From Acidimicrobiia bacterium (GTDB lineage Bacteria; Acidobacteriota; Vicinamibacteria; Vicinamibacterales; SCN-69-37), in contig BTVE01000009.1 in assembly GCA_045862915.1 (NCBI GenBank), positions 20,670 to 84,669 of the forward strand: a stretch of DNA of 64,000 nt, in the 5' to 3' direction. The notes under the pieces are model-generated. The model saw only the letters and a program-made list of their open reading frames with translations, did not search any database and had not been told where the DNA came from. Of this stretch, positions 44,560 to 57,353 are shown piece after piece. Each line of letters begins with the position of its first letter. Positions within the stretch are counted from its first letter, which is position 1. The position numbers and the translations under genes were made by a program.

Positions 44560-45180
44560 ATGACTCTCGATGTCGTGAATTCCCAGAACCAGAAGGTCGG
44601 CGCGGTCGATTTGAACGACGCCGTCTTCGGCGGGACGATCAAGACGGACCTGGTGTGGGCGTCGGTCGTGCGGCAGAACGCCTCCGAGCGCGCCGGCACA
44701 CACGCCACGAAGAACCGCGCACTGGTCAGCGGCGGCGGCAAGAAGCCGTACAAGCAGAAGGGCACGGGTCGCGCCCAGGCCGGTTCGAGCCGTTCACCGC
44801 TGTGGCGCAAGGGCGGCACCGTGTTTGGTCCGCAGCCCCGCAGCTACGACTACCAGCTGCCCCGCAAGGTGGAGCGTGGCGCGTTGCGCGCCGCCATCCA
44901 GAGCAAGCTGAAGGATGGCGCGGTGATCATCGTTGACGAACTCAAGGCGTCGGCGATCAAGACGAAGGATGCGGCGGCTCTGCTGGCGCGTCTGGGGGTG
45001 ACCGGCAAGGCGCTGGTGACCGATGTGCAGCTCGATGAAAACTTCGCGAAGTCGGCGCGCAACATTGCCGGCATCCGCCTGGTGCCGAGCGGCCGTGTCA
45101 CGGCGCGCGACGTGATGGACACGACGCGTGTGGTGGTGACCCGCGCTGCCGTCGAGCGGTGGCAGGAGGTGCTGGGATGA
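44560..45180 (+). CDS. rplD: 50S ribosomal protein L4
   Basis: [29 protein letters not shown]. Confidence 0.96.
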   Translation: MTLDVVNSQNQKVGAVDLNDAVFGGTIKTDLVWASVVRQNASERAGTHATKNRALVSGGGKKPYKQKGTGRAQAGSSRSPLWRKGGTVFGPQPRSYDYQLPRKVERGALRAAIQSKLKDGAVIIVDELKASAIKTKDAAALLARLGVTGKALVTDVQLDENFAKSARNIAGIRLVPSGRVTARDVMDTTRVVVTRAAVERWQEVLG

Positions 45181-45467
45181 AGACCACAAGCGTCATTCGT
45201 CGTCCCCTCGTGACCGAGAAGACCACGGTGGCCCGTGATGCGGGCAATGTCGTGGTGTTCGAAGTGGCGCGCGAGGCGACCAAGGTGGATATCCGGCGCG
45301 CGGTCGAGACCCTGTTCGGGTCGAAGGTCGCCGACGTGCGCACGCAGATGCAGCACGGCAAGGTCAAGCGCCAAGGTCGTTTTTCGGGGCAGCGGCCTGA
45401 TTGGAAGAAGGCCTGGGTCCGGCTCAAGGCCGGTGAGAAGCTGCCCGAGTTCCTGGAAGGGGCCTGA
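45177..45467 (+). CDS. rplW: 50S ribosomal protein L23
   Basis: The ATG at 45177 (ATGA overlap with rplD) gives [16 protein letters not shown]...[14 protein letters not shown]. Confidence 0.95.
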   Translation: MKTTSVIRRPLVTEKTTVARDAGNVVVFEVAREATKVDIRRAVETLFGSKVADVRTQMQHGKVKRQGRFSGQRPDWKKAWVRLKAGEKLPEFLEGA

Positions 45468-45472
45468 GGATC

Positions 45473-46297
<825 letters not shown>

Positions 46298-46299
46298 CC

Positions 46300-46593
46300 A
46301 TGGGCAGATCACTCAAGAAGGGCCCGTTCATTGATCTCCACCTGCTTGAAAAGGTGGAAGGCATGAACCGGCAGAACGAGAAGAAGGTCATCAAGACGTG
46401 GTCGCGCCGGTCGACCGTGGTGCCCGAGATGATTGGGCACACGCTGGCCGTCCACAACGGCAAGAAGTTCGTGCCGGTGTACCTGACCGAGAACATGGTC
46501 GGGCACAAGCTGGGCGAGTTTGCGCCCACGCGCACCTTCAAGGGCCACGCGGCGAAAGCCGACAAGGCGGCCCCGGGCAAGGGAGGCAACTGA
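46300..46593 (+). CDS. rpsS: 30S ribosomal protein S19
   Basis: The ATG at 46300 gives [16 protein letters not shown]...[27 protein letters not shown]. Confidence 0.97.
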   Translation: MGRSLKKGPFIDLHLLEKVEGMNRQNEKKVIKTWSRRSTVVPEMIGHTLAVHNGKKFVPVYLTENMVGHKLGEFAPTRTFKGHAAKADKAAPGKGGN

Positions 46594-47051
46594 TGGTGCA
46601 GGCGCAGGCTACGGCCAAGTACGTCCGCACCTCGGCCCAGAAGGCCGGGCTGGTGCTTGACCTCATCCGCGGCGTGGACGTCAACGGCGCTCTGGCGACG
46701 CTGCAGTTCTCGCGCAAGAAGATCGCGAAGGACATCGAGAAGGTGTTGCGATCGGCGATTGCCAATGCGCAGCAGGCCGATGGCTTTGGCGGCGACGTCG
46801 AGCGGCTCTTTGTGAAGGCGTGTTACGCCGACCAGGGCCCGACGATGAAGCGGGTGCGCCCTGCCCCGATGGGCCGCGCGTTCCGCATCATCAAGCGCAC
46901 GACCCACCTGACGGTGGCCGTCGCCGAGCGGCCTGCCAAGCGTGTGGGTACGACGGCCGGCACCACCGCGCCGACGACACGTCGCGCGCGCGCAGCGAAG
47001 TCGCAGGCGAAGGAAGCGGCCAAGGCGGCCAAGGGCAAGGGGACGGAGTAG
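46593..47051 (+). CDS. rplV: 50S ribosomal protein L22 with a basic C-terminal extension
   Basis: The ATG at 46593 overlaps the rps[31 protein letters not shown]. The tail is RRARAAKSQAKEAAKAAKGKGTE. Confidence 0.95.
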   Translation: MVQAQATAKYVRTSAQKAGLVLDLIRGVDVNGALATLQFSRKKIAKDIEKVLRSAIANAQQADGFGGDVERLFVKACYADQGPTMKRVRPAPMGRAFRIIKRTTHLTVAVAERPAKRVGTTAGTTAPTTRRARAAKSQAKEAAKAAKGKGTE

Positions 47052-47054
47052 TTC

Positions 47055-47735
47055 ATGGGTCAGAAAGTCCATCCGTACGGGTTCCGCCTCGGGTTCAACA
47101 AGACGTGGCGGTCGCGCTGGTTCGCCGACAAGGACTACGCGAAGCTGCTGCACGAAGATCTGAAGCTGCGTGACGAGCTGAAGAAGCGGTTCTCACACGC
47201 GGGTGTGTCGCGCATCGACATCGAGCGCGCCGCCAACAAGCTGAAGATCGACATTCACACCTCGCGTCCGGGCATCATCATCGGCCGCAAGGGCACCGAG
47301 GTCGACAAGCTGCGCCAGGAGCTGGCGAAGGTCACGGGTCGTGAGGTGTTCATCAACATCCTCGAGATCCAGAAGCCGGAACTCGACGCGCAGCTGATTG
47401 GCGAGTCGGTGGCGATGCAGCTGGAAAAGCGCGTGGCGTTCCGCCGCGCGATGCGCAAGGCCGTTGAGTCGGCGCTGCGGTTCGGCGCCAAGGGCATCAA
47501 GGTGCGCGTGTCCGGTCGCCTGAACGGCGCGGAAATCGCGCGGTCGGAGTGGTATCTGCACGGCCAGCTGCCGCTGCAGACGCTGCGCGCGGACATCGAT
47601 TACGGGTTCGCGCAGGCGTTCACGACCTACGGCGCCATCGGCGTGAAGGTGTGGCTCTACAAGGGCGAGCGGCTGACGCCGCGCGTGGGCCGCGAAGAAG
47701 AGTATCGGCAGCCGCGCCGGGCGGCGCGGGGCTAA
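47055..47735 (+). CDS. rpsC: 30S ribosomal protein S3
   Basis: [23 protein letters not shown]...[13 protein letters not shown]. Confidence 0.98.
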   Translation: MGQKVHPYGFRLGFNKTWRSRWFADKDYAKLLHEDLKLRDELKKRFSHAGVSRIDIERAANKLKIDIHTSRPGIIIGRKGTEVDKLRQELAKVTGREVFINILEIQKPELDAQLIGESVAMQLEKRVAFRRAMRKAVESALRFGAKGIKVRVSGRLNGAEIARSEWYLHGQLPLQTLRADIDYGFAQAFTTYGAIGVKVWLYKGERLTPRVGREEEYRQPRRAARG

Positions 47736-47750
47736 GGAAGGAATCGCATC

Positions 47751-48176
47751 ATGTTGATGCCAAAGAAGGTCAAGTACCGAAAGCAGCAGCGTGGCCGGAT
47801 GCGCGGCAAGGCGTATCGCGGGTGCACGGTGGCGTTCGGGGATTTCGGGCTGATGGCGCTCGAGCCGTGCTGGATGACCGACCGCCAGATTGAGGCGGCG
47901 CGTGTCGCGATGGCGCGGTCGATCAAGCGCGGCGGCAAGATCTGGATTCGGGTGTTCCCCGACAAGCCGATCACCAAGAAGCCGCAGGAAACCCGAATGG
48001 GTAAGGGCAAGGGCGCGCCGGAAGGCTGGGTCGTGGTCGTCAAGCCGGGCCGCATCCTCTTCGAAATGGAAGGGGTGTCGGAGGCGGAAGCTCGCGCGGC
48101 CATGCGGTTGGCGTCGGCGAAGCTCCCGATGAAGACGCGGTTCGCGACCCGCTTTGCCGAGGAGAAGGTGTCATGA
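47751..48176 (+). CDS. rplP: 50S ribosomal protein L16
   Basis: [19 protein letters not shown]...[13 protein letters not shown]. Confidence 0.97.
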   Translation: MLMPKKVKYRKQQRGRMRGKAYRGCTVAFGDFGLMALEPCWMTDRQIEAARVAMARSIKRGGKIWIRVFPDKPITKKPQETRMGKGKGAPEGWVVVVKPGRILFEMEGVSEAEARAAMRLASAKLPMKTRFATRFAEEKVS

Positions 48177-48376
48177 AGGTGACCGAACAAGTGGCGGAAC
48201 TGCGCGGCCTGTCGGCCGACGACCTCAAGCAGCGGGCGGCGACCCTGGAAGAGCAGGTGTTCAAGACGCGGCTGCAGAAGGCGCTGGGACAGACCGAGCA
48301 GGCCAACCGGCTGCGACCGATGCGTCGTGAGCTGGCGCGGATCCACACGATCCTGCGTGAAAAGAGCGGCAGGTAG
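48173..48376 (+). CDS. rpmC: 50S ribosomal protein L29
   Basis: [31 protein letters not shown] overlap with rplP. Confidence 0.93.
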   Translation: MKVTEQVAELRGLSADDLKQRAATLEEQVFKTRLQKALGQTEQANRLRPMRRELARIHTILREKSGR

Positions 48377-48382
48377 ACGGGT

Positions 48383-48631
48383 ATGGCGAACACAGAGATT
48401 ACCGGCAGGGTCGTGAGCGACAAGATGACGAAGACCGTGGTCGTGACCACGGAGCGTCAGGTGCGTGACCCGCGTTATGGCAAGCAGATGAAGCGCACCA
48501 CGCGGTACACGGCGCATGACGAGAGTGGCGAGGCCAAGGTCGGTGACCTGGTGGCCATTGTCCAGACCCGTCCGCTGAGCCGCAGCAAGCGCTGGGCCGT
48601 GACGCGCATCGTCGAACGCGCGCGACTGTAG
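48383..48631 (+). CDS. rpsQ: 30S ribosomal protein S17
   Basis: [14 protein letters not shown]...[18 protein letters not shown]. Confidence 0.95.
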   Translation: MANTEITGRVVSDKMTKTVVVTTERQVRDPRYGKQMKRTTRYTAHDESGEAKVGDLVAIVQTRPLSRSKRWAVTRIVERARL

Positions 48632-48659
48632 AGACGACGGCAGGAAGAGGAGAACGACC

Positions 48660-49028
48660 ATGGTTCAGATGCGATCGATTCTTGACGTCGCCGACAACTC
48701 GGGCGCCCGCAAGATCGCGGTGATCAACCCGATTGGCGGATCGACCGGGCGCTACGCGCGGATTGGCGACATCGTCACCGCGTCGGTGAAGGAAGCGACG
48801 CCCGATGCCACCGTCAAGAAGGGGCAGGTGGTGAAAGCCGTCATCGTGCGCACGCGCAAGGAACTGCGCCGGCGCGACGGGTCGTACATCCGGTTCGACC
48901 GGAATGCGGCCGTGATTGTGAACGCGGAAGGTGAGCCGGTGGGCACCCGCGTGTTCGGGCCGGTGGCCCGTGAACTGCGCGAGCGGCGCTTCATGAAGAT
49001 CATTTCGCTCGCGCCGGAGGTCCTGTAG
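48660..49028 (+). CDS. rplN: 50S ribosomal protein L14
   Basis: [19 protein letters not shown]...FGPVARELR. Confidence 0.98.
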   Translation: MVQMRSILDVADNSGARKIAVINPIGGSTGRYARIGDIVTASVKEATPDATVKKGQVVKAVIVRTRKELRRRDGSYIRFDRNAAVIVNAEGEPVGTRVFGPVARELRERRFMKIISLAPEVL

Positions 49029-49031
49029 GTC

Positions 49032-49352
49032 ATGAAGATTCGCAAGAACGACCAGGTGCTGGTCATCGCCGGGCGTGACCGCGGCAAGCGCGGACGCGTG
49101 CTGCGGGTCGACCGTGACAAGACGCGCGTGGTGATCGAGGGCGTGAACCTCGTGAAGAAGCACACCAAGCCGAACCCGCAGCGCAACGTCAAGGGCGGCA
49201 TCGTCGAGCGCGAGGGCAGCATCCATGCCTCGAACGTGATGCTGGTGGATCCGGATTCATCGCAGCCCACACGTGTGGGATTCCGGATTGCCGAAGACGG
49301 CAGCAAGCTGCGCATTGGCCGCAAGAGCGGCGCCGTGGTGGATAACAAATGA
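49032..49352 (+). CDS. rplX: 50S ribosomal protein L24
   Basis: [24 protein letters not shown] (KOW motif). Confidence 0.96.
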   Translation: MKIRKNDQVLVIAGRDRGKRGRVLRVDRDKTRVVIEGVNLVKKHTKPNPQRNVKGGIVEREGSIHASNVMLVDPDSSQPTRVGFRIAEDGSKLRIGRKSGAVVDNK

Positions 49353-49891
49353 ACCGCCTGAAGGATCGTTATCAGCAGGAAGTGATCCCGGCGCTCCGCA
49401 AGGAGTTCGGGTACGCCAACGTCAACGCCGTGCCGAGGATCGTCAAGGTCGTCGTGAACATGGGGCTGGGCGAGGCGACGCAGAACAGCAAGATCGTCGA
49501 CACCGGCGCCGAGGAACTCGGCAAGATCACCGGCCAGAAGGCGGCCGTGACCCGGGCGAAGAAGTCGATCGCGCAGTTCAAGGTGCGGCAGAACCAGGCG
49601 ATTGGCGCAATGGTGACGCTGCGCGGACAGCGCATGTATGACTTCCTGGACCGGATGATTGCCATTGCGCTGCCGCGCGTGCGCGACTTCCGCGGCATCT
49701 CGACGCGCGGGTTCGACGGGCGCGGCAACTACACGATGGGCCTGCGCGACCAGTTGATCTTCCCGGAGATTGATTACCTCAAGGTCGACAAGGCGCGCGG
49801 CATGAATATCTCGGTCGTGACCACGGCCAAGACGGATGAAGAAGCCCGGCGGCTGCTGCAGCTGATCGGCCTGCCGTTCCGGCAGAACTAA
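49349..49891 (+). CDS. rplE: 50S ribosomal protein L5
   Basis: [16 protein letters not shown]...[24 protein letters not shown] overlap with rplX. Confidence 0.97.
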   Translation: MNRLKDRYQQEVIPALRKEFGYANVNAVPRIVKVVVNMGLGEATQNSKIVDTGAEELGKITGQKAAVTRAKKSIAQFKVRQNQAIGAMVTLRGQRMYDFLDRMIAIALPRVRDFRGISTRGFDGRGNYTMGLRDQLIFPEIDYLKVDKARGMNISVVTTAKTDEEARRLLQLIGLPFRQN

Positions 49892-49911
49892 CGCGAGAGA
49901 TTCAGAGACAC

Positions 49912-50097
49912 ATGGCTACCACTGCAAAACGCGTCAAGGATGCTCAAGGCCTGAAGTTCGAAGTGCGCGCGCACAACCGCTGCAAGCGGTGCGGGCGATC
50001 GCGCGCCTACATGCGCAAGTTCGCGCTGTGCCGCCTCTGCTTTCGCGAACTCGCGCTGCGCGGAGAAGTCGCCGGCGTGGTCAAGAGCAGCTGGTAA
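49912..50097 (+). CDS. rpsN: 30S ribosomal protein S14, type Z (zinc-binding)
   Basis: 61 aa. [38 protein letters not shown] has CxxC...CxxC. Confidence 0.95.
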   Translation: MATTAKRVKDAQGLKFEVRAHNRCKRCGRSRAYMRKFALCRLCFRELALRGEVAGVVKSSW

Positions 50098-50137
50098 CGC
50101 GCCGCTGGTAACAGGTTCCTAGGAAAGAGCTGAGACT

Positions 50138-50539
50138 ATGACCGACCCGATCGCAGACATGCTGACCCGCATCCGGAATGCGGTGCACGCGCGGCACACC
50201 CGCGTGGACATTCCGGCGTCCCGCCTGAAGGTGGAAATCGCGCGCATCCTCGAGCGCGAGGGGTACATCCAGAGCCACAAGCTGGTGGAGGGCACCGAAG
50301 ACGCCCCCGGCCAGAAGCTGCGGATTGCCCTGAAGTACGGCCCGCGAGGCGAAAAGGTGATTTCGGGCCTGTCGCGCGTGAGCCGTCCCGGCCGTCGCGT
50401 GTACTTCGGCCGCAACGATGTGCCGAAGGTCATGGGAGGCCTGGGCACGAGCATCCTGACGACCTCGGCCGGTGTAATGACCGGGCGCGACGCGGTGAAG
50501 GCCGGCGTTGGCGGCGAGGTCCTCTGCAACATCTGGTAG
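50138..50539 (+). CDS. rpsH: 30S ribosomal protein S8
   Basis: MTDPIADMLTRIRNA...GGEVLCNIW. Confidence 0.97.
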   Translation: MTDPIADMLTRIRNAVHARHTRVDIPASRLKVEIARILEREGYIQSHKLVEGTEDAPGQKLRIALKYGPRGEKVISGLSRVSRPGRRVYFGRNDVPKVMGGLGTSILTTSAGVMTGRDAVKAGVGGEVLCNIW

Positions 50540-50547
50540 GAACGCAT

Positions 50548-51084
50548 ATGTCGCGCATTGGCAAAAAACCCATTCCGGTTCCCAAGGGCGTCACGGTCAC
50601 CGTGGGCAAGGGAGTCATTGATTTCAAGGGCCCGAAGGGCGCGCTCAAGCAGGCGATCCCGCCCGGCGTGAAGTTCGCGGTGAAAGACGGCGAACTGGTG
50701 GCCGAGACGCTGACCGACGACAAGGAACTCGGCAAGTTCCATGGTCTGGCGCGCAGCCTGATGGCCAACGCCGTGACCGGCGTCACCGAAGGCTTCAAGA
50801 AGGAGCTCGACATCGTGGGTGTCGGCTACCGGGCGGAGCTCAAGGGCCAGCAGGTGCACTTTGCGCTCGGCTACTCGCACCCGGTGATCTTCGACATCCC
50901 GAAGGGCATCGATGTCGCGGTCGACAAGCAGACCCACATCACGGTGACCGGTGTCGACTGCCAGCTGGTGGGCCAGGTTGCGGCCAACATCCGCCGCCTG
51001 CGCAAGCCGGACCCCTACAAGCAGAAGGGTGTCCGCTACATGGGCGAAGTGTTGAAGAAGAAGGTCGGCAAGACCGGGGCGTAG
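50548..51084 (+). CDS. rplF: 50S ribosomal protein L6
   Basis: MSRIGKKPIPVPKGV...DPYKQKGVRYMGE. Confidence 0.97.
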   Translation: MSRIGKKPIPVPKGVTVTVGKGVIDFKGPKGALKQAIPPGVKFAVKDGELVAETLTDDKELGKFHGLARSLMANAVTGVTEGFKKELDIVGVGYRAELKGQQVHFALGYSHPVIFDIPKGIDVAVDKQTHITVTGVDCQLVGQVAANIRRLRKPDPYKQKGVRYMGEVLKKKVGKTGA

Positions 51085-51110
51085 GCCTCGACTTGACCTG
51101 GAGCTGAACG

Positions 51111-51485
51111 ATGAAGATTCGAACCAAGAAGGATCGTCGAGAGCGCGTCCGGTTGCGGCAGCGCAAGCGGATTTCCGGCACGGCCGAGCGGCCGCGCCTG
51201 GCGGTGTTCCGCTCGGTGACCCATATCTACACGCAGGTCATCGACGACCTCGCGGGCCGCACGATTGCGGCGGCCGCCAGCACCGAACCGGGCCTCAAGG
51301 GCACGTTCAGCGGGGATGTGCGCGGGGGCAACAAGGCGGGCGCGGAAGCCATCGGCAAGGTGATTGCCGAACGGCTCAAGGAAAAGGGCATCACACGTGT
51401 GGTGTTCGACCGCGGCGGGTATCTGTATCACGGTCGGGTGCGCGCGGTGGCCGAAGCGGCGCGTGCGGCCGGGCTCGAGTTCTGA
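51111..51485 (+). CDS. rplR: 50S ribosomal protein L18
   Basis: [19 protein letters not shown]...[22 protein letters not shown]. Confidence 0.96.
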   Translation: MKIRTKKDRRERVRLRQRKRISGTAERPRLAVFRSVTHIYTQVIDDLAGRTIAAAASTEPGLKGTFSGDVRGGNKAGAEAIGKVIAERLKEKGITRVVFDRGGYLYHGRVRAVAEAARAAGLEF

Positions 51486-51496
51486 GGATCTGAACG

Positions 51497-52009
51497 ATGG
51501 ATGTTCGCGAAAAGATTGACGCGTCGCAGCTGGAACTGAAGGATACGGTCGTCAGCATCGGCCGCGTCACGAAGGTCGTCAAGGGCGGCAAGAACATGAG
51601 CTTCAGCGCGCTGGTGGTCGTCGGTGACGGCGCCGGTGTGGTGGGCTTCGGCATCGGCAAGGCGAAGGAAGTGCCGTCGGCCATCAAGAAGGGGATCGAA
51701 GCGGCCAAGAAGGCGCTGATTCGTGTGCCGATGAAGGGCACGTCGATTCCGCATCCCGTGCTGGGCCAGTTCGGCGCCGGATCGGTGCTGCTCAAGCCCG
51801 CGCCGGACGGCACGGGCATCATCGCCGGCGGCGCCGTGCGCGCGGTGGTGGAGTCGGCCGGGATCCACAACGTGCTGACCAAGTCGCTGGGCTCGGCCAA
51901 CGCGCACAACGTGGTGCGCGCGACGTTCACGGCGCTGTCCGAACTGCGCGATCCGGCCGCGGTGGCCCGGCTGCGCGGCAAGGATGTCGAAGAACTGGTG
52001 GGAGCGTAA
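51497..52009 (+). CDS. rpsE: 30S ribosomal protein S5
   Basis: [37 protein letters not shown]. Confidence 0.97.
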   Translation: MDVREKIDASQLELKDTVVSIGRVTKVVKGGKNMSFSALVVVGDGAGVVGFGIGKAKEVPSAIKKGIEAAKKALIRVPMKGTSIPHPVLGQFGAGSVLLKPAPDGTGIIAGGAVRAVVESAGIHNVLTKSLGSANAHNVVRATFTALSELRDPAAVARLRGKDVEELVGA

Positions 52010-52013
52010 CGTC

Positions 52014-52190
52014 ATGGCGCGCCTGAAGATCACCCAGCTCAAGAGCACGATCGGGTTCAACAAGAACCAGGCCGTGGTGCTCAAGTCGCTTGGCCTGCGG
52101 CGCATCCGCCACACGGTCGAGGTGGAAGATACGCCGGAGAACCGGGGCCGCCTGCTCAAGGTGCGTCATCTGGTGAAGGTGGAGAACTAG
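52014..52190 (+). CDS. rpmD: 50S ribosomal protein L30
   Basis: The ATG at 52014 gives [31 protein letters not shown] (58 aa). Confidence 0.93.
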   Translation: MARLKITQLKSTIGFNKNQAVVLKSLGLRRIRHTVEVEDTPENRGRLLKVRHLVKVEN

Positions 52191-52194
52191 ACTT

Positions 52195-52644
52195 ATGTCA
52201 CTGAACAATCTGCGTCCTCCCAAGGGCGCCAAACATGCCAAGAAGCGCGTGGGTCGTGGTCCCGGCTCGGGTCATGGCCACACCTCGGCGCGCGGTGAAA
52301 AGGGCGCGCAGTCGCGTTCGGGCTTCTCCTACAAGCGCGGGTTTGAAGGCGGCCAGATGCCGCTGCATCGCCGTCTGCCCAAGCGCGGGTTCACCAACCC
52401 GTTCCGCGTCGAGTACGCGGTGATCAACCTCGACACGCTCGAAGAGGTGTTTGACGCCGGCTCCGACGTGACGCCCGAAGTGCTGCGTGAGCGCGGCCTG
52501 GTGCGTGACGCGCGGGCGAAGATCAAGGTGCTGGCGCGCGGCGAGTTCAGCAAGAAGCTGACGGTGCGTGCGCACAGGTTCAGCGGCGCGGCGGCCGAGA
52601 AGATCGCGGCAGCCGGCGGCGTCGCGGAAGTGATCGCCGGATAA
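52195..52644 (+). CDS. rplO: 50S ribosomal protein L15
   Basis: [28 protein letters not shown]...[15 protein letters not shown]. Confidence 0.97.
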   Translation: MSLNNLRPPKGAKHAKKRVGRGPGSGHGHTSARGEKGAQSRSGFSYKRGFEGGQMPLHRRLPKRGFTNPFRVEYAVINLDTLEEVFDAGSDVTPEVLRERGLVRDARAKIKVLARGEFSKKLTVRAHRFSGAAAEKIAAAGGVAEVIAG

Positions 52645-52647
52645 CTT

Positions 52648-54033
<1,386 letters not shown>

Positions 54034-54053
54034 CCCTCGGAAGCCCCTACGCG

Positions 54054-54692
54054 GTGCGGCTCGTGATGTTGGGCCCCCCGGGTGCCGGCAAAGGCACCCA
54101 GGCGGAGCGGTTCGCGAGAACGCACGGGATTCCGAAGATCTCGACCGGCGACATCCTGCGCGAGGCCGTGCAGGCCGGCACAGAGATGGGCCGCCTGGCG
54201 CGGGAAGTGATGGACGCCGGCCGGCTGGTCAGCGACGACATCATGATCGGCATCGTGCGTGAACGCCTCGAACGGCCCGATGCCGACGCGGGGTTCGTGC
54301 TGGATGGGTTCCCGCGGACGGTGGGTCAGGCGCAGGCGCTCGACACGATGGTGGACGAAGCGCAGCCGCTGGTCATCGTGGACGTCGAGGTGCCGACCGA
54401 GATTCTGGTGCAGCGTCTGCGGACGCGCCGGATTTGCGGGTCGTGCGGCGTCGGCGCCCCTCCGGGGGCGAAGGTGTGCGCCAAGTGCGGCGGAGCGCTG
54501 GTGCAGCGCGTCGACGACAACGAACATGTCGTGCGTGAGCGGCTGTCGGTGTACGAGCGGCAGACGCAGCCCATCGTGGACTTCTACGCAGGGCGCAAGA
54601 CATTCCGGTCGATCGACGGCGATCAGACCGAGGACAGTGTGGCGGCGGATCTGGCGGCGGCGGTGGCGTCGGCGCTTGGAGCCTACCGGTGA
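54054..54692 (+). CDS. adk: Adenylate kinase (Cys4 lid)
   Basis: The GTG at 54054 gives MRLVMLGPPGAGKGTQAERFA (P-loop). The lid is CGSCG...CAKCGG. The alternative GTG at 54030 overlaps the secY stop. Confidence 0.92.
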   Translation: MRLVMLGPPGAGKGTQAERFARTHGIPKISTGDILREAVQAGTEMGRLAREVMDAGRLVSDDIMIGIVRERLERPDADAGFVLDGFPRTVGQAQALDTMVDEAQPLVIVDVEVPTEILVQRLRTRRICGSCGVGAPPGAKVCAKCGGALVQRVDDNEHVVRERLSVYERQTQPIVDFYAGRKTFRSIDGDQTEDSVAADLAAAVASALGAYR

Positions 54693-55465
54693 TTGCCTGC
54701 CGGTCGACCGCCGAACTCGAGCGGATGCGCGTAGCCAATCGGCTGGTGGCTCAGGTGCTCGAGGTGCTCGAAGGCATGGTTGAGCCGGGGGTGACCACGG
54801 CGGACCTCGACGAAACGGCCGAGCGGCTGGTGCGTGAGGGCGGTGCGGTGCCGGCGTTCAAGGGGTATCGCGGGTTTCCCGCGACCCTGTGTACGTCGGT
54901 CAACCAGGAGGTGGTGCATGGGATTCCGTCCCGGCAGCGTCCCCTGGCCGCGGGTGACATCGTGTCGATCGACATCGGCGTGAAGCTCGACGGGTACTAC
55001 GGCGACTCGGCGGTGACCGTGCCGGTGGGACCGGTGCCGGAACGGACGCAGGATCTGCTCCGGGTCACGCGTGAATCGCTTGAACGCGCGATCGAGCAGG
55101 TGAAGGTTGGCGGCCGCGTCTCGGATATCGGGGCGGCGGTGCAGCAGTGGGTCGAAGCGCACGGGTTCACGGTGGTGCGCGAGTTTGTGGGCCACGGCAT
55201 CGGGCAGCAGCTGCACGAAGAGCCGCAGGTGCCCAACTACGGGCAGCCGGGCCGCGGTCCGGTGCTGGCCGAGGGCATGGTGCTGGCCATCGAGCCGATG
55301 GTGGCGATGGGCCGGCCCGAGGTGAAAGTGCTGCGGGACGGCTGGACGGCGGTCACGCGCGACGGCAGCCTGGCGGCGCACTTCGAGCACACGGTGGCCG
55401 TGGGCGCGGATGGCCCGATGATCCTGACGGCGAGACAGACCGCGGTGGAGACGCCTGCGGGGTGA
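54689..55465 (+). CDS. map: Type I methionine aminopeptidase
   Basis: VHGIPS...GDIVSIDIGV..DGYYGDSA...GHGIG..LHEEP...LAIEPM are metal-ligand motifs. Confidence 0.95.
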   Translation: MIACRSTAELERMRVANRLVAQVLEVLEGMVEPGVTTADLDETAERLVREGGAVPAFKGYRGFPATLCTSVNQEVVHGIPSRQRPLAAGDIVSIDIGVKLDGYYGDSAVTVPVGPVPERTQDLLRVTRESLERAIEQVKVGGRVSDIGAAVQQWVEAHGFTVVREFVGHGIGQQLHEEPQVPNYGQPGRGPVLAEGMVLAIEPMVAMGRPEVKVLRDGWTAVTRDGSLAAHFEHTVAVGADGPMILTARQTAVETPAG

Positions 55466-55704
55466 GCGCCGAGGATGACGCGCCGGACGGGCGGGCGCAG
55501 ACGGTGGTAGACGGGACGGTGAAGGCGGTGTTGCCGCAGGCGCTGTACCGGGTGGTGGTGGAAGGTGGACGTGAAGTGACGGCGCATGCGGCGTCGGGCC
55601 CCACGGTCAACTTCATTCGGCTGCTGGTGGGTGATCGGGTGGCGGTGGCGTTGGCCCCCCACGATGCGGGACGCGGACGGGTCATCCGGAAGCTGCCGCG
55701 GTGA
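55462..55704 (+). CDS. infA: Translation initiation factor IF-1-like S1-domain protein (divergent)
   Basis: It sits at the canonical position between map and rpmJ. The GTG at 55462 overlaps the map [64 protein letters not shown] follows the IF-1 fold pattern with unusual substitutions. Confidence 0.75.
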   Translation: MSAEDDAPDGRAQTVVDGTVKAVLPQALYRVVVEGGREVTAHAASGPTVNFIRLLVGDRVAVALAPHDAGRGRVIRKLPR

Positions 55705-55715
55705 AAGAGGAAGCG

Positions 55716-55829
55716 ATGAAGGTCAGAGCATCGGTCAAACGAATCTGTGTGAAGTGCAAGGTGGTGCGACGGCAGGGTGTCGTGCGCATCATTTGCCCGA
55801 ATCAGAAGCACAAGCAGCGGCAGGGATAA
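55716..55829 (+). CDS. rpmJ: 50S ribosomal protein L36
   Basis: Not in the ORF track (37 aa). My translation is [44 protein letters not shown] lies upstream. Confidence 0.93.
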   Translation: MKVRASVKRICVKCKVVRRQGVVRIICPNQKHKQRQG

Positions 55830-55833
55830 CGAT

Positions 55834-56208
55834 ATGGCACGTATTGCAGGCGTCGATCTTCCGCGGACCAAGCGGGTCGAGATCGGACTCACGTACATCT
55901 ACGGCATCGGGCGGAAGCGCGCGAACGACATTCTGACCGCCGCCGAAGTGAGCGGCGACATCCGCGTGAAGGACTTGTCGGAAGACGACGTGCGCAAGAT
56001 CACGCGCGTGATCGAAGAGCAGGGCCGCGTGGAAGGTGATCTCCGCAAGGAGATCTCCATGAGCATCAAGCGGCTGGTGGAAATCGGCAGCTACCGCGGG
56101 TCACGGCACCGGCGGAACCTGCCGGCGCGGGGACAGCGGACACGCACCAACTCCCGCACCCGCAAAGGCCCGCGCAAGGGCGCGGTGGCCAGAAAGAAGA
56201 CGGAGTAG
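55834..56208 (+). CDS. rpsM: 30S ribosomal protein S13
   Basis: The ATG at 55834 gives [26 protein letters not shown]. Confidence 0.97.
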   Translation: MARIAGVDLPRTKRVEIGLTYIYGIGRKRANDILTAAEVSGDIRVKDLSEDDVRKITRVIEEQGRVEGDLRKEISMSIKRLVEIGSYRGSRHRRNLPARGQRTRTNSRTRKGPRKGAVARKKTE

Positions 56209-56211
56209 CAG

Positions 56212-56640
56212 ATGGCGAAGACCCAGGCAGACGGCGCCGACAAGAAGGCGGGCAAGCCCAAGAAGACGTTCAAGAAGCGCGGCGAAAAGCGCGTGGTGCA
56301 CCACGGCTTTGCGCACGTCCACGCGTCGTTCAACAACACGACGGTCACCATTACCGACACCGAGGGCAATGTGATTGCCTGGTCGAGTGCGGGTGGCATC
56401 GGCTTCAAGGGTTCGCGCAAGGGCACGCCGTTTGCGGCGACCCAGGCCGCGATGGCGGCGGGCAACGTCGCGAAGACGTACGGCCTGCGGTCACTCGACG
56501 TGCGGGTCAAGGGACCGGGCGCCGGCCGCGAATCGGCGATTCGCGCGCTGCAGACGGTGGGCATCGACGTCAAGTCGATCCGCGACGTCACGCCCATTCC
56601 GCATAACGGCTGCCGTCCGACCAAGCGGCGTCGGGTCTGA
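56212..56640 (+). CDS. rpsK: 30S ribosomal protein S11
   Basis: [27 protein letters not shown]...[20 protein letters not shown]. Confidence 0.97.
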   Translation: MAKTQADGADKKAGKPKKTFKKRGEKRVVHHGFAHVHASFNNTTVTITDTEGNVIAWSSAGGIGFKGSRKGTPFAATQAAMAAGNVAKTYGLRSLDVRVKGPGAGRESAIRALQTVGIDVKSIRDVTPIPHNGCRPTKRRRV

Positions 56641-56667
56641 TCGGGTTTCGGAGAAGGACAGAAAGAT

Positions 56668-57297
56668 ATGGCGAGATATATCGGTCCCGTCTGCCGGCTG
56701 TGCCGGCGTGAAGGCATGAAGCTGTTTCTCAAGGGTGAGCGCTGCTACACGGAGAAGTGCGCCATCGAGAAGCGCAACGTGCCGCCAGGACAACACGGCC
56801 GTTCGCGTCGCGCGAAGGTGGCCGGCTACGGCATCCAGCTGCGTGAGAAGCAGAAGGTCAAGCGTACGTATGGCGTGCTCGAGAACCAGTTCCGGCGCTA
56901 CTTCGAGGCCGCGGATCGGCAGAAGGGCATCACCGGCGAACTGCTGCTCCAGTCGCTCGAACGTCGTCTGGACAACGTGATTTACCGCATCGGTTATGCC
57001 ACCTCTCGCGCGCAGGCGCGTCAGCTGGTGCGCCACGGCCACTTCACGGTGAACGGCCGCAAGGTCGACATCCCGTCGTTTGCGGTGCGTCAGGGCGACA
57101 TGATCGGCATCAAGGCGACGAGCCTCGAGAACGCGTCGATTGCGCACGCGCGCGAAGAGGTGAAGGGCCGCGGCATCCCCGAGTGGCTGTCGCTGGATGC
57201 GGCCGGCACGTCGGCGCGTATTGCGTCGCTGCCGACGCGCGAGCAGATCAACCTGCCCGTGCAGGAACAGCTCATCGTCGAGTTGTATTCGAAGTAA
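56668..57297 (+). CDS. rpsD: 30S ribosomal protein S4
   Basis: [31 protein letters not shown]...[11 protein letters not shown]. Confidence 0.97.
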   Translation: MARYIGPVCRLCRREGMKLFLKGERCYTEKCAIEKRNVPPGQHGRSRRAKVAGYGIQLREKQKVKRTYGVLENQFRRYFEAADRQKGITGELLLQSLERRLDNVIYRIGYATSRAQARQLVRHGHFTVNGRKVDIPSFAVRQGDMIGIKATSLENASIAHAREEVKGRGIPEWLSLDAAGTSARIASLPTREQINLPVQEQLIVELYSK

Positions 57298-57298
57298 C

Positions 57299-57353
57299 CG
57301 TGGGGCGGGTCTTCAGACCCGCCGGAAACGTGGGGCAGGCCTTCAGGCCTGCC
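57299..57353. repeat. Two tandem hairpin repeats (copies B and C) of the CGTGG, 8-bp stem, TTCA loop family
   Basis: CGTGG GGCGGGTC TTCA GACCCGCC lies at 57299-57323 and CGTGG GGCAGGCC TTCA GGCCTGCC at 57329-57353. Both stems are perfect, with a 30-nt period, starting 2 nt after the rpsD stop. Confidence 0.7.
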
